A stretch of 64,000 bases of DNA from Minisyncoccota bacterium (GTDB lineage Bacteria > Patescibacteriota > Minisyncoccia > Phycocordibacterales > UBA9973). The position numbers and the translations under genes were made by a program. How positions within the stretch are numbered: the stretch's first letter is position 1; every line of letters begins with the position of its first letter. The DNA lies in contig CALNZI010000007.1 in NCBI GenBank assembly GCA_942491275.1, positions 63,353 to 127,352 on the forward strand. Direction: 5' to 3'. The notes under the pieces are model-generated. The model was given only the letters and a program-made list of their open reading frames with translations, made no database searches and was not told the origin of the DNA. Below, in pieces: positions 29,256-39,320 of this stretch.

Positions 29256-31258
29256 TTGATATGAATTTTGGACTTATACCAGTTGCTGAAGCAAGTGTAG
29301 TTACTCTGATGAAGAGTATTAATAAGGTTATCATTAACCCTATTATATTGTTTTTATTTGCTTTAGCACTGGCATATTTCCTTTATGGTGTTGCTCAGTA
29401 TTTATTAAATTCTGATAGTGAAGAAATAAAAACTAAAAGTAAATCCCACATGCTCTATGGAGTTATTGGGCTTTTTATTATGGTGGCTGTTTTTGGAATT
29501 ATGAGATTAGTTTTAAATACTGTGGGAGAAAGTAAAACAGCTAAAATTGAAATTGAGGAGAGTGGGGATTATCAAATAACCAATAAAGATACAAATAAAA
29601 ATTATACTTTTATTGGTGATAACGTACTTGATTTAAATAATTATGATCCAACAGGGAGTGGAATTTTTTCTGCCAACGACTTAGACCTTCGTTCAGCTAG
29701 AAATATTGATTTAACGGATGTTAAAACAAACAGAACAACTAATTTTGACGAAAGTCCTTTTAATATAATATATATAGAAAATCCACTTTGTTGGCATGAG
29801 GAAGTCTATGCAACAGCTAATACAGAATATGATTCTATTAAATATGTAAAAAATATAGCAAAAGAACATTACTCTTCTGTTTTGGGAGAGGAAAAAACAC
29901 CCTCAAATTCAGGAATCTTAACTTCTTATGATGCTGAGAATGCAGTTTATCATAGCTGGATGGATGCTAGAGGTCCTAAAAAAGGAGGAACCGACGAGGA
30001 CTGTGTTTTAAAAGTTGATATAGAAAAAACTAAAAAAATATATGATGAGTTACCAATTGATAGTTATGTTAATGATGAGATATTTACTAAACCTCGAGAT
30101 ATGAGTTTGAATCCACCTCCCGAAGATTGGACAGGGAATTTCAGTTCTGATCCTTTGTTCCACAGAGTAATGGCTTCTGGATCTAATCCTCTTCTGGTGA
30201 TAGCTAGAAATCTCGCTATAAAAAATGCTTTTGCTCTTTTGGGAATAGAGATTCAGGAAATTAATGCCATGACCATTGTTTATCCAACAGCTAGTATTTT
30301 AGAAGAAAGTTATACCATTGATCCAAAAACTGGTAATTATGAATATTGGGTAGCCATTGAATCTAAAAAAACAACAACTGAAAGTAATATAACTCTTGAC
30401 CAGTATGCGGAAAAAGTAAAACCTTTTACTAAAACATATGAAAGTGATGATCTTTTCTTAAGAATTGTGGACTATGGAACAAGTACAGAATTAGCTACAG
30501 CTCGTGAAATTGCTTTAAGTAATGCTTTAATGCAAATCAGTTTTGCAGTTTGTGGTGATGGAAAAGATAATGATGGTGATGGTTCTACTGATAAAAATGA
30601 TGCCATGTGCCATCTAGATGGGGATGCTACAAATGATGATTCATATCTTCCCACCTATTATTCAGAAAATATAGTACCTCCGATTGATTTTTCAGGTGGG
30701 GAAATATCTTTAAGTTCTGGAATTTGTAATGATGGTATAGATAATGATGGAGATGAAAAGACTGACATAGAAGATCCTCAATGTCACACAGATGGAAATG
30801 CTGGAAATTCAGCTTCATATGTTCCTAGTTATGAATCAGAAAGTATTATCCCTCCTGTAGACCTGGCTGCTGAAATAGATTGGATAATTGTTCTTGAAGA
30901 AAAACAAATATTTAATGAAGAAACAGGGGAGTATGAATATTGGGTGGCTATAGAAAGTCCTCATACCATGGTGGATGGGGCTTCTCCAGTTTCTCAGAGT
31001 TTCAAAGCTATTCCATTTACTAAAATTTATAAAACTGATGGAACATATTATCGTGTTATTGATTCAGGAGTTGATATTAGCTTAGGTAAAGCTCGAGAAA
31101 TAGCTATCAATAATGCTTTCATCAAGCTAGAAGAAGAAGTGGAAGGGGAATTGGTGGGTGTTCAATATGTAACTATATTAGAAGAAAAACATATTTTTGA
31201 TTCCAAAACTGGCCTCTATGAATATTGGGTTGTCCTCCAGGCTACTAAGAAAAAATAA
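29249..31258 (+). CDS. Pilin-like N-terminal module fused to a 570-aa repeat-rich extracellular domain (paralog 5)
   Basis: N-terminal IINPIILFLFALALAYFLYGVAQYLLNSDSEEIKTKSKSHMLYGVIGLFIMVAVFGIMRL. The C-terminal part has three AREIA(L/I)xNA(F/L)...(I/V)LEE(S/K)xxFDxxTGxYEYWV modules and two CxDGxDNDGDxxTDxxDxxCHxDG(N/D)A Asp-rich (MopE-like) repeats. Confidence 0.5.
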   Translation: MLIDMNFGLIPVAEASVVTLMKSINKVIINPIILFLFALALAYFLYGVAQYLLNSDSEEIKTKSKSHMLYGVIGLFIMVAVFGIMRLVLNTVGESKTAKIEIEESGDYQITNKDTNKNYTFIGDNVLDLNNYDPTGSGIFSANDLDLRSARNIDLTDVKTNRTTNFDESPFNIIYIENPLCWHEEVYATANTEYDSIKYVKNIAKEHYSSVLGEEKTPSNSGILTSYDAENAVYHSWMDARGPKKGGTDEDCVLKVDIEKTKKIYDELPIDSYVNDEIFTKPRDMSLNPPPEDWTGNFSSDPLFHRVMASGSNPLLVIARNLAIKNAFALLGIEIQEINAMTIVYPTASILEESYTIDPKTGNYEYWVAIESKKTTTESNITLDQYAEKVKPFTKTYESDDLFLRIVDYGTSTELATAREIALSNALMQISFAVCGDGKDNDGDGSTDKNDAMCHLDGDATNDDSYLPTYYSENIVPPIDFSGGEISLSSGICNDGIDNDGDEKTDIEDPQCHTDGNAGNSASYVPSYESESIIPPVDLAAEIDWIIVLEEKQIFNEETGEYEYWVAIESPHTMVDGASPVSQSFKAIPFTKIYKTDGTYYRVIDSGVDISLGKAREIAINNAFIKLEEEVEGELVGVQYVTILEEKHIFDSKTGLYEYWVVLQATKKK

Positions 31259-31271
31259 AGTGTAATAAAAA

Positions 31272-31301
31272 AAGCCTCAAGATTTTACCTTGAGGCTTTT
31301 T
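31272..31301 (+). terminator. Rho-independent terminator after the pilin array
   Basis: gcctcaag-attttac-cttgaggc followed by ttttt. Confidence 0.55.
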
Positions 31302-31318
31302 AGGTATTTTTTTACCTA

Positions 31319-31672
31319 TTAGTCAGTAAAAGTGATTGTCACTGTTACTGTTTGATAGTAACATCGAATTTTTAAGTATTCAATGTTATTTCCTATATTA
31401 TGGAAACTTCCATCTCCCCAAATTTTCTCAGGGCCTGGAATAATTTTTCCATTAATTTCATAGAAAGGCTTCACATAATATGCATCACCATTTCCATCTA
31501 GTTCAAAGGGTCGTTTTTTAACTTCGATCGTTTGAACTTCGTCACCTTTGAGGGTGTAAGTGTCTCCAGATGTTAAAAATCCTGGAGGATAAAGAAACAG
31601 AAGAAAAATGATAAAAGAAATAATAAAGATTATCCATCCCCCAAATGGGATCCCTTTTGCACCTTGTTTCAT
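31319..31672 (-). CDS. Small membrane protein, possible NfeD-like partner of the SPFH protein
   Basis: N-terminal TM helix plus a short beta-rich C-terminal domain. Its start overlaps the stop of the upstream SPFH gene by 4 nt. Confidence 0.3.
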   Translation of the reverse strand: MKQGAKGIPFGGWIIFIISFIIFLLFLYPPGFLTSGDTYTLKGDEVQTIEVKKRPFELDGNGDAYYVKPFYEINGKIIPGPEKIWGDGSFHNIGNNIEYLKIRCYYQTVTVTITFTD

Positions 31673-33066
31673 TCCTTACCTCCTTTCTTTATGAAAAGTT
31701 CAAGAATTTTTAAGGCTGAAGGGGCAAGGGTTTCCTTGAAGCTTTTCAACGTTTCTGGAGAAATTGTGACTATATTTTCTTTTATAGTTTTTACCACCTT
31801 GTCTCTTTCAGTTTGAATAGTTTCTCGGGCTTGCTCCAATGAATATCCTAGATCCAGAAATTCTCTTATTCTATTTCTTAGATGTTCTAATTCAAGTTTT
31901 TCCCCACGCATTTGTTGTTCCTCTTTGGCTTGATTATCCGCTTCTTCTGCTACTTTTCCCAGTACTTTAATATTACCTATATTAAGGAGTTGTAATTCTA
32001 TCCCAAGATCTGTAATTTCTAGTTTACCGGAACCTTTTCTGAGAGCGTCAATTTGTTTTCTTCTGCTCTCCACACTATCTTTCAATTTTTTTAATTGAAT
32101 ATTTAGACCAGTGGGATCATTATCAGGATATTTTTTCTTTATTTGATCAATAACCTCCTTTACTTTTGCCCAGTTATCTTTCCCCCAATCTTCTTCGTTA
32201 TTATTGAGTTTTGTAGGTTTTGGTTCCCGGAAATAAAGCATCCAAATCCAAGTCGGAACTTCTTGTGCCTCTTTTGGTTCAATGGGAACCAAAAAATTAT
32301 GAGCTAGTTTCTTAACCAAGACAAAAGTTCCTTCTGCTTGAGATTGATCTAATTCAACCCAAGTATCTGGTCCTTCTTCTTTTCCCATACACCACTCGCG
32401 TATTCTTTCAGTTACTCTTCCAAATAATTGTTCTTTTACGCCTTCTTCTCCTCCTGAGTCTAGATAATTTATTGCTAATCTCGGAATTTGTTGAAAAGCG
32501 AGATGAACAGGAACTTCTGATGCAGCTCTATCGGGGGTTCTGGCAGTTGGTATTGTGACATCATAAGGGATTCTAGTTCTTTTTATAGGAATTACACCAT
32601 ACCATAATCCTCGTAGAGGAATAAAGTGCCATCCTTCTGTTAAAAACTCTCCCGTAATTCTTTCCCCAAAGATTGTTAATTGACCAATATGTGTTGGATC
32701 TGATTCAATCTTTACTAATCCTTCTAGGATTATAGCTACGGATAAGAAGATTATAATTCCACCTATACATTCTACTTCAGAGAATGGAAACAGGAGTATT
32801 ACAATCGTTGAAAGTAATAATAAAAGAATTAGTAATCTTAATGTAATTTTACTATCTTTTTTTAAATTACTAGCAGTCCCAGTTAAGGGAGGATCATTTT
32901 CTATAGTGATAGTAGGATTCTCTGCGAATTCATTATTATCACTAAGAAGTCTATTGGGATTGGTGACTTCACTTTCAATGTCTTCACATTCTTGCTCTCT
33001 GACATTTTTAAATCTTCTTATATTCAAGAATTTAAATTCCCAAAAACTACTTCTTGTTTTTTTCAT
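31669..33066 (-). CDS. SPFH/band-7 (flotillin-like) domain membrane protein
   Basis: TM segment, then GERITGEFLTEGWHFIPLRGLWYGVIPIKRTRIPYDVTIPTARTPDRAASEVPVHLAFQ (SPFH-like), then a long C-terminal coiled coil. Confidence 0.5.
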   Translation of the reverse strand: MKKTRSSFWEFKFLNIRRFKNVREQECEDIESEVTNPNRLLSDNNEFAENPTITIENDPPLTGTASNLKKDSKITLRLLILLLLLSTIVILLFPFSEVECIGGIIIFLSVAIILEGLVKIESDPTHIGQLTIFGERITGEFLTEGWHFIPLRGLWYGVIPIKRTRIPYDVTIPTARTPDRAASEVPVHLAFQQIPRLAINYLDSGGEEGVKEQLFGRVTERIREWCMGKEEGPDTWVELDQSQAEGTFVLVKKLAHNFLVPIEPKEAQEVPTWIWMLYFREPKPTKLNNNEEDWGKDNWAKVKEVIDQIKKKYPDNDPTGLNIQLKKLKDSVESRRKQIDALRKGSGKLEITDLGIELQLLNIGNIKVLGKVAEEADNQAKEEQQMRGEKLELEHLRNRIREFLDLGYSLEQARETIQTERDKVVKTIKENIVTISPETLKSFKETLAPSALKILELFIKKGGKE

Positions 33067-33297
33067 TTTCTAAATTTATTAATTAATAATTTGAGTTAGT
33101 TTCTAAAATTACCTATTAGATAAACTTAGAAACCAACTCAATTATTAACCTTTTTCAAAGAACTAATTTTACATAGATATTATATCACTATACTATAGAA
33201 AAGTCAAGTTATATATTGTAATTAAGCCTTTGTTACATAGGCTTTAAAAGGGAAGGTTGTATTTTTTTTATAAAATGGTATACTCTTTTTGTTATAG

Positions 33298-33372
33298 GGC
33301 CCCATCGTCTAACGGTTAGGACATCGGGTTTTCAATCCGGTAATCAGAGTTCGATTCTCTGTGGGGTCACCA
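33298..33372 (+). tRNA. tRNA-Glu (anticodon UUC), CCA encoded
   Basis: Acceptor GGCCCCA/TGGGGTC, anticodon stem-loop TCGGG-TTTTCAA-TCCGG, T-arm CAGAGTTCGATTCTCTG, 3' ACCA. Confidence 0.85.
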
Positions 33373-34855
33373 ACGAAGAAGGATCAATCAAATATTGTTG
33401 ATATAGGCTGTAAATAGGGCTTAGTTTCTTAGTTCCAAATTTCTCTCCAGAAAATTCAATATTTTCTTCAAATATAATCTTTTGGAACTGCAATCTTTTT
33501 TCTGGTTGTTTTCCAAGGTCTACCCAGGTCTTAGATGTTTCTCTAACAAAATTAAAACAATATTCAAGGGCTTCTTCCATATTAAATCCTTCTTCTATCT
33601 TTTCTTGAATCAAAGACCTTTGTAAGGCTATTTTTTGATTAATTTTATTTTTTTGATAAGAAAAATCATCATTATCATAAACTTTAGATTCATGTAACTC
33701 AAAAATTCTTTCTTTTTGTTTTTCAAGGTTTGTAATTTCATTTCTAATTTTTTGATTATTACCATGAAAGCTCTTACAGTTATTTTTCCAAATATCCATA
33801 ACTATTTTTTTAAAAGCATTCTCATATTCAACACTAGGAGTTATTTCATTTAAAAATTCCACAAACAATTGTTCAAAGTTTTCTTTGGGTATAAATTTAC
33901 TATGAGGACAATCTTGTTTGTGATGGTGGTAATAAGAATACTTTTTACCAGTACAACTAGTGGAGGCACTTCCTGTTAACGGCTTAGTACAAAATTTACA
34001 GATAGCTAAACTACGAAGTGGAAATTTATCATTAATCTTTTTATGTGGAATATTTCTACGGGTTTTTCCTTTGGGCTGACATTGGTAAAATAGATGTTCA
34101 TCAATAATAGGTTCGAACTTGCCTTTAGCTTCTATACCCCAAGCTTTAATGATTCCAGCATACAAAGGATTCTTGATTATCTTTTCAATTAATTGAGGTA
34201 TAGCAGAATTCCCTCGCTTGGTAGTAAAACCTTGTTTATTTATGTATTCAGCTAACGATTTATAAGTATAAGTACCTTTTGCGTATTCCTCGAAGATAAG
34301 GCGTATAAATGGGGCAAATTTAGGGTCTAAAGATAGGTTGTCTCCTTTTTGTAATCTAGTATAACCAATAGGTGCTGGCCATACCCATACTCCTTGTTTA
34401 AGTCTTTCTCTCATTCCGTTAACACTCCTTTCAGTTCTCACGTTATTATCAAATTCAGCAAAACCAGAAAGCATAACTTCCATAAGTTTACCCGAAGGAC
34501 TATCATCAATCTTTTCTGATACAGAGCGAATTTCAGTTCCGTACTTTTTTAGTTTTTGTTTAACTATTGCATAGTCAGTTTGATTACGAGAGAATCTATC
34601 TATCTTATAAACAATAAAAGAAGAAATTTTATTTTTCTTTTCTGAACAAAAACTAATAGCTTTCATAAATTCTGTTCGGTTGGCTGTTTTTGCTGATTCT
34701 CCTTTCTCTATAAAAATTTTAAGAATATTTATATTTTCTTTTTCAGCATACTCCTTACAGATTCGTTCTTGAGAATCAAGACTAGTACCTTCTATCTGTT
34801 CGTGAGAAGAAACTCTTACATAAATTATTCCATTTTCTTTTTCAATTTTCTCCAT
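33344..34855 (-). CDS. Large serine recombinase
   Basis: MEKIEKENGIIYVRVSSHEQ (catalytic Ser), YKIDRFSRN, a recombinase domain and Cys-rich zinc-ribbon region. Its 3' end overlaps the 3' end of tRNA-Glu. Start moved to the internal Met (ORF track starts at 34942). Confidence 0.8.
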   Translation of the reverse strand: MEKIEKENGIIYVRVSSHEQIEGTSLDSQERICKEYAEKENINILKIFIEKGESAKTANRTEFMKAISFCSEKKNKISSFIVYKIDRFSRNQTDYAIVKQKLKKYGTEIRSVSEKIDDSPSGKLMEVMLSGFAEFDNNVRTERSVNGMRERLKQGVWVWPAPIGYTRLQKGDNLSLDPKFAPFIRLIFEEYAKGTYTYKSLAEYINKQGFTTKRGNSAIPQLIEKIIKNPLYAGIIKAWGIEAKGKFEPIIDEHLFYQCQPKGKTRRNIPHKKINDKFPLRSLAICKFCTKPLTGSASTSCTGKKYSYYHHHKQDCPHSKFIPKENFEQLFVEFLNEITPSVEYENAFKKIVMDIWKNNCKSFHGNNQKIRNEITNLEKQKERIFELHESKVYDNDDFSYQKNKINQKIALQRSLIQEKIEEGFNMEEALEYCFNFVRETSKTWVDLGKQPEKRLQFQKIIFEENIEFSGEKFGTKKLSPIYSLYQQYLIDPSSLVTPQRIEL

Positions 34856-34859
34856 ATAA

Positions 34860-35051
34860 TTACTTTCCCACATCCTCCTCATTAAGTCCATATACCCTAA
34901 TGGGATATTTGGAACTAGTTTTCTTTTCAATAAAGGATTCAAGGGCTAATTGTCCTAAAGAATACAAAGAACGCCTTATTTTAATAAGTTCTTTATCAGG
35001 TATATTTTTCAGACGATGGTCTGTTTTTCTTAATTCTTCAAGACTAATCAT
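34860..35051 (-). CDS. Small ORF between Rep and recombinase (possible regulator or directionality factor)
   Basis: 63 aa; overlaps the Rep stop and immediately precedes the recombinase start. Confidence 0.3.
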   Translation of the reverse strand: MISLEELRKTDHRLKNIPDKELIKIRRSLYSLGQLALESFIEKKTSSKYPIRVYGLNEEDVGK

Positions 35052-35817
35052 TTTTCTTTTTAAATATTCTTAATCGACCTCTACCAAGCCAACTGGTAAG
35101 ATACTCTCTATCTACTATTGGTTCATTTTGATTCATTCCGTGTTGATCTAATATAAATCCAATTCCTGCATAGGAAACATATTTCATTACATTTGGTCTT
35201 TCTATATTACGAGAAGCGACATAGCACTTTTGATTTTTTAATCTTGGATCTATAAATGCTTTTGCCATATATTTTGATAAATAAAATGACAATTTTTCAT
35301 CTCCATCAGTTTCCTTTATAAATACATAACCCCTTGACCAAAGTCCGGCAATCGTTCTAGTTTTCCGTTCCAATAAAAATACTTCCTCGGGTAACCCCCA
35401 GAAGAGAGCGTGATAATGAACTGCTCCACGTTTTTGAAATTCTGGAACGCAGATGTACCTGAAAATTTTTCCGTATTTGTAGCGGAGAGACTGGACAAAA
35501 GACGAGAGATCTTTATAGGCTCTTTTAAGGTCTGTGAGGTTTTCTCCGTAGGTAAGAGTAATAAGTAAAGGTCTTGTAAGTCCTCCGAGGTTAGAAGCAA
35601 CGATGCGTCTAAAAGCCAATTCCGCGCGTCTAGCATTATCTTGTCTTTTCCCCAACTTCCTTTCCGATAAATTATCTTCTCCATTAACTCCCAAATCCTT
35701 ATCATCAGATTTCCTTTCCCCGCCATTAATAATTGTTCGTTCGTATGTAATGATGTCTTTTTCATACTCATAAAGTTCTAATGTATTACCATAACTAATA
35801 ATCTTGTTGTAACCCAT
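35044..35817 (-). CDS. HUH-superfamily rolling-circle replication initiator (phiX174 gpA-like, two-tyrosine)
   Basis: HUH motif GAVHYHALFWG and a two-tyrosine motif SFYLSKYMAK (compare gpA YVAKYVNK). Confidence 0.7.
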   Translation of the reverse strand: MGYNKIISYGNTLELYEYEKDIITYERTIINGGERKSDDKDLGVNGEDNLSERKLGKRQDNARRAELAFRRIVASNLGGLTRPLLITLTYGENLTDLKRAYKDLSSFVQSLRYKYGKIFRYICVPEFQKRGAVHYHALFWGLPEEVFLLERKTRTIAGLWSRGYVFIKETDGDEKLSFYLSKYMAKAFIDPRLKNQKCYVASRNIERPNVMKYVSYAGIGFILDQHGMNQNEPIVDREYLTSWLGRGRLRIFKKKND

Positions 35818-36331
35818 ATAAATTAAGTTATCTTATTAAGTGAGTGAGTAAGCAAGTCACTCACTAGGGCTCAGATTCACCGAAGTCCAGCCACTTGCTT
35901 GGGAAATTCAGAATTCACTTCTAAAAAGATAAAGATCGACCACAAGAAAACCCCGCGACTCATAAAAAGTCCGCGGGGGTTTTCATCCTTGTAAATACTC
36001 AAAAACCTTTCTCTGTTGAAGATTTTGGTTATTTTCTCTATTAATTTTTGATTACATCTATATTCCTCCATACCTTTTTTAGGTACAAAAAAACCGCCTG
36101 AAATAGACAACGTAAAATTAGATTTCTTTAAATTGTTTTCTTTCTAGTCGGAGGAATTAAGTTGCAGAGCATTGCTTATGTACACATACTAGTTGCTATG
36201 GGTCTTTCCCATTCGCTTATTTGTATTCCAAGGTGCTCTTCTGTATTAATTTAAGTATCTACCTATTTATAAATTATGTCAAGTTTTAATTTAATGTTCA
36301 CAAAAAGGTAGTTATATTGTATAATTAATAA

Positions 36332-37336
36332 ATGCAATTATATATAGATTCTAATATATATTTAGAATATTTTAGAGAAAACTCTGCCGAAAGATTAACA
36401 CCCTTAAAAGAACTTCTGAAATTACTTAAAAAAGAAGAAGTTGTATTACTTTTACCTAGTCAAACCAGGCAAGAGTATTTTAGAAATAGAAGAAAAATAG
36501 CAGAGATAACAAGGTTATCTCTAATAAGACAAAGTAATATTTCTTCTTTCATTCCAGCTGTTCTTGATAAAGGAAATAAAGAAGTAAAGGATGTTTTAAG
36601 TAAAAAGAAAGATTTAATTACTTCATATAAAAAATTAATTAAAAAATATGATAAAGAAGTGGAAAAAGAAAAAACTGATGCGGATTTATTAATAAATGAA
36701 CTTTTTTTAAAATTTGCAAAAGTAATTAAAGAAACTGATGAAATCATAGCAAGTGCATATCGTAGATATATGAAAGGTAACCCTCCTAGAAAAAATGATC
36801 ATTCATATGGCGATGCATTAATATGGGAGACTCTTTTAAAAGAAGGGGCAAATGACGATTTGGTTTTAATTACAAAAGATGGTGATTTCATTGAAAAACA
36901 TAAAGGCAAACCTAAAATTAACCAATTTTTATTTGTAGAATGGAGAATCAAAACAAAGAAGAAAAAGAAGGTTATTTTATACAAATCACTTGCAGAATTT
37001 GTAAACACTTTTACAAAAAAAGAAATTTTAAAAAAGGAAATAATAGAAAAAGAGAATAGTTCTGTATTTAATGCAAGCATAACAAAAAGTTTATCTTACA
37101 ATACACAAGGAACACCAACGATTAGTGCTTCAAATTGTAGAATTTCAGATACAACGAGCCAAACAATAACAAAAATTACAAGAAATGGACTTATAGCAGA
37201 AGCAGACCTTGACTCTGATCCTCTTAGAATTAGCGCTTGCCAAAATTATGATTCGCTAGGAAAGATCTGTTCTTTTTGTGGAAATATTTATCATTATGAA
37301 CAAGAATATTGCTTTAATTGTGGTATAAAATTATAA
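36332..37336 (+). CDS. PIN-like domain protein (DUF4935-like) with C-terminal zinc ribbon
   Basis: N-terminal LYIDSNIYLEY...GDALIWETLLKEG...LVLITKDGDF resembles PIN-like acidic-residue spacing; C-terminal CSFCGNIYHYEQEYCFNCG. Confidence 0.4.
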   Translation: MQLYIDSNIYLEYFRENSAERLTPLKELLKLLKKEEVVLLLPSQTRQEYFRNRRKIAEITRLSLIRQSNISSFIPAVLDKGNKEVKDVLSKKKDLITSYKKLIKKYDKEVEKEKTDADLLINELFLKFAKVIKETDEIIASAYRRYMKGNPPRKNDHSYGDALIWETLLKEGANDDLVLITKDGDFIEKHKGKPKINQFLFVEWRIKTKKKKKVILYKSLAEFVNTFTKKEILKKEIIEKENSSVFNASITKSLSYNTQGTPTISASNCRISDTTSQTITKITRNGLIAEADLDSDPLRISACQNYDSLGKICSFCGNIYHYEQEYCFNCGIKL

Positions 37337-37498
37337 AATCTCTAATGTTTAAATATAGTGACAAACTAATAAAAGAAACGCAAAAAGTCTTTAAAGAAGA
37401 AGAGGGCTTAGATATTTCAAAGGAGACCGCGGTTGAATATATGGATCAATTATCGGGTTTGTTTTTAGCATTTTCAAAAAGACAAAAATAATTAGTAT

Positions 37499-39316
37499 TT
37501 ATTTACTATAATCTAAAACTATCTCATCTCCAGCAATATTACGGATTTTTATTTTAAATTTATTTGTTGGCAATTCGTATACCCCCTTGATTTTGTCTTT
37601 AATCTCTGCTTTATCCTCTAAATCCAAGTTACTAGTCCAAACACCACTTTTCTTTAATTCTGTATCAAACTGTAATGATTCAATAAGCTCTAAACCATTC
37701 TCACTGATTTTAACAGCTTTTGTTTTATCTTTAGTTAAAGTCCCTTTTTTAACTTTCTTGGCATTATATTCATCTATTTTGGCTTTAAGATAAGGACTAA
37801 AGAACTTTTTAATTTTAACATTGCATCCTTTGCCATCTTTTTTAAGTTCAATACCAACTGAATCCTCTGGGAAAAACATATCTCTTTTGTCAGCCAATAA
37901 ATCATCTAAATTAATCAACTCAACTAAAATACTTGTCTTGCCAGAATTTTTTATTTCTTTATTTAAATAACACTGGTCTATATCTAAATCCTTAAAAGCA
38001 TAGATAATATTAACTTTACTCGCTCCTTTTTCTGTTTCTTCTAGAGCGTAAATTTCTTCCAAGACAACATCTAGTAATTCTTTTGTTAGTTTCTTATCAA
38101 TACCAATAAATTTAACTGGCTCAAAACTACCTTTTTCTTTAATAATTCCACCATCCCAAAATTCCCCCAGTTCAAGTTCGACTCTTGGTCTAAAGCCCTC
38201 AATCAAAGAGAACATCTTTTGAGTTGTTTGAGCTGGGTTTCTAAATAATCTTATACCATCTTTTATTTTTAAAATATCAAAATCCACTTTTCTTTTTACT
38301 AACCCATCTCTAGTTTCTTGAATAGCATTTATTCCAACATCACAAACAATAAATTTTCTATTCAAATCACTAGCAACTTTTGCAGTTGTCCCACTTCCAA
38401 CAAAAAAATCTGCAACAATCATTCCTTCACTGGTGGCTGTATCAATAATTCTTCTTAATAACTCTATTGGTTTTTGTGTATTATATTGAGTTTTTTCTTT
38501 TGATTGAACATTTTCAAGTGGTATATCCCAAACATCATCAATAGGTATTTCTTCTTTGAAATATTTTTTACCTCCTCGAACTAATTTGTATTTTTTTCCA
38601 TTTTCATCTTTTAAATTATATTTGGATTCAGTAAATTCGCTTACCTTTTTTAAAATTGGACTAAAATAATATTCTTTTGATTTTCCATAATGATAAATAT
38701 TATCGTGCTTACGAGCATATCGGTCTTCGGGGGCTCTACTGCTTGTGTAATGCCAAATAATTTCATTTATAAAATTCTCTTCTCCAAAAACCTCGTCCAT
38801 CATAACCTTCGCATATTGTCCTATATGCCAATCCAAATGGATATAGATGCTAGCTTTTTCACTCATAATCTCTCTAATAGCCAATAAACGCTCATAAAGC
38901 CAGTTTAAATAGTCCTCTTTCTGCCAAATGTCACCATACATAATCTCTTCACCAATACCATTATCTTCATTTTCAAATTGAGTTTTATTACCATTTCTTA
39001 AAAAGATTTTTTTTGCATAATTAGCTCCACTAGCAAATGGCGGGTCAATATATACCAAATCAACTTTTATATTTTTTGATTTTAAATAAGCACAGGCAGA
39101 TAAAGTATCTCCATATAAAAACAAATTTTTAAAATCAGCATTAATTTCTTTTTGCTTATTCACTAATTTCTTTTTTTCTTTTTGTTTTATCTCTTCAATA
39201 ACTTCTGTTTCAAAAAGTTGCATTTCAATATTTTTACTTGGAAGTAATCGCCCTTGATAGTTTAATAGGGCTTGTCCTTTGGCTGGTGTGATATTGTATG
39301 ATTTTGGTTTTTGCAT
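37499..39316 (-). CDS. mod: Type III restriction-modification Mod subunit-like DNA methyltransferase (beta-class N6A/N4C)
   Basis: DPPF motif IV (DLVYIDPPFASGANY) lies before motif I (IVADFFVGSGTTAKVA), i.e. beta-class order. The protein is 605 aa. Confidence 0.75.
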   Translation of the reverse strand: MQKPKSYNITPAKGQALLNYQGRLLPSKNIEMQLFETEVIEEIKQKEKKKLVNKQKEINADFKNLFLYGDTLSACAYLKSKNIKVDLVYIDPPFASGANYAKKIFLRNGNKTQFENEDNGIGEEIMYGDIWQKEDYLNWLYERLLAIREIMSEKASIYIHLDWHIGQYAKVMMDEVFGEENFINEIIWHYTSSRAPEDRYARKHDNIYHYGKSKEYYFSPILKKVSEFTESKYNLKDENGKKYKLVRGGKKYFKEEIPIDDVWDIPLENVQSKEKTQYNTQKPIELLRRIIDTATSEGMIVADFFVGSGTTAKVASDLNRKFIVCDVGINAIQETRDGLVKRKVDFDILKIKDGIRLFRNPAQTTQKMFSLIEGFRPRVELELGEFWDGGIIKEKGSFEPVKFIGIDKKLTKELLDVVLEEIYALEETEKGASKVNIIYAFKDLDIDQCYLNKEIKNSGKTSILVELINLDDLLADKRDMFFPEDSVGIELKKDGKGCNVKIKKFFSPYLKAKIDEYNAKKVKKGTLTKDKTKAVKISENGLELIESLQFDTELKKSGVWTSNLDLEDKAEIKDKIKGVYELPTNKFKIKIRNIAGDEIVLDYSK

Positions 39317-39320
39317 AAAA

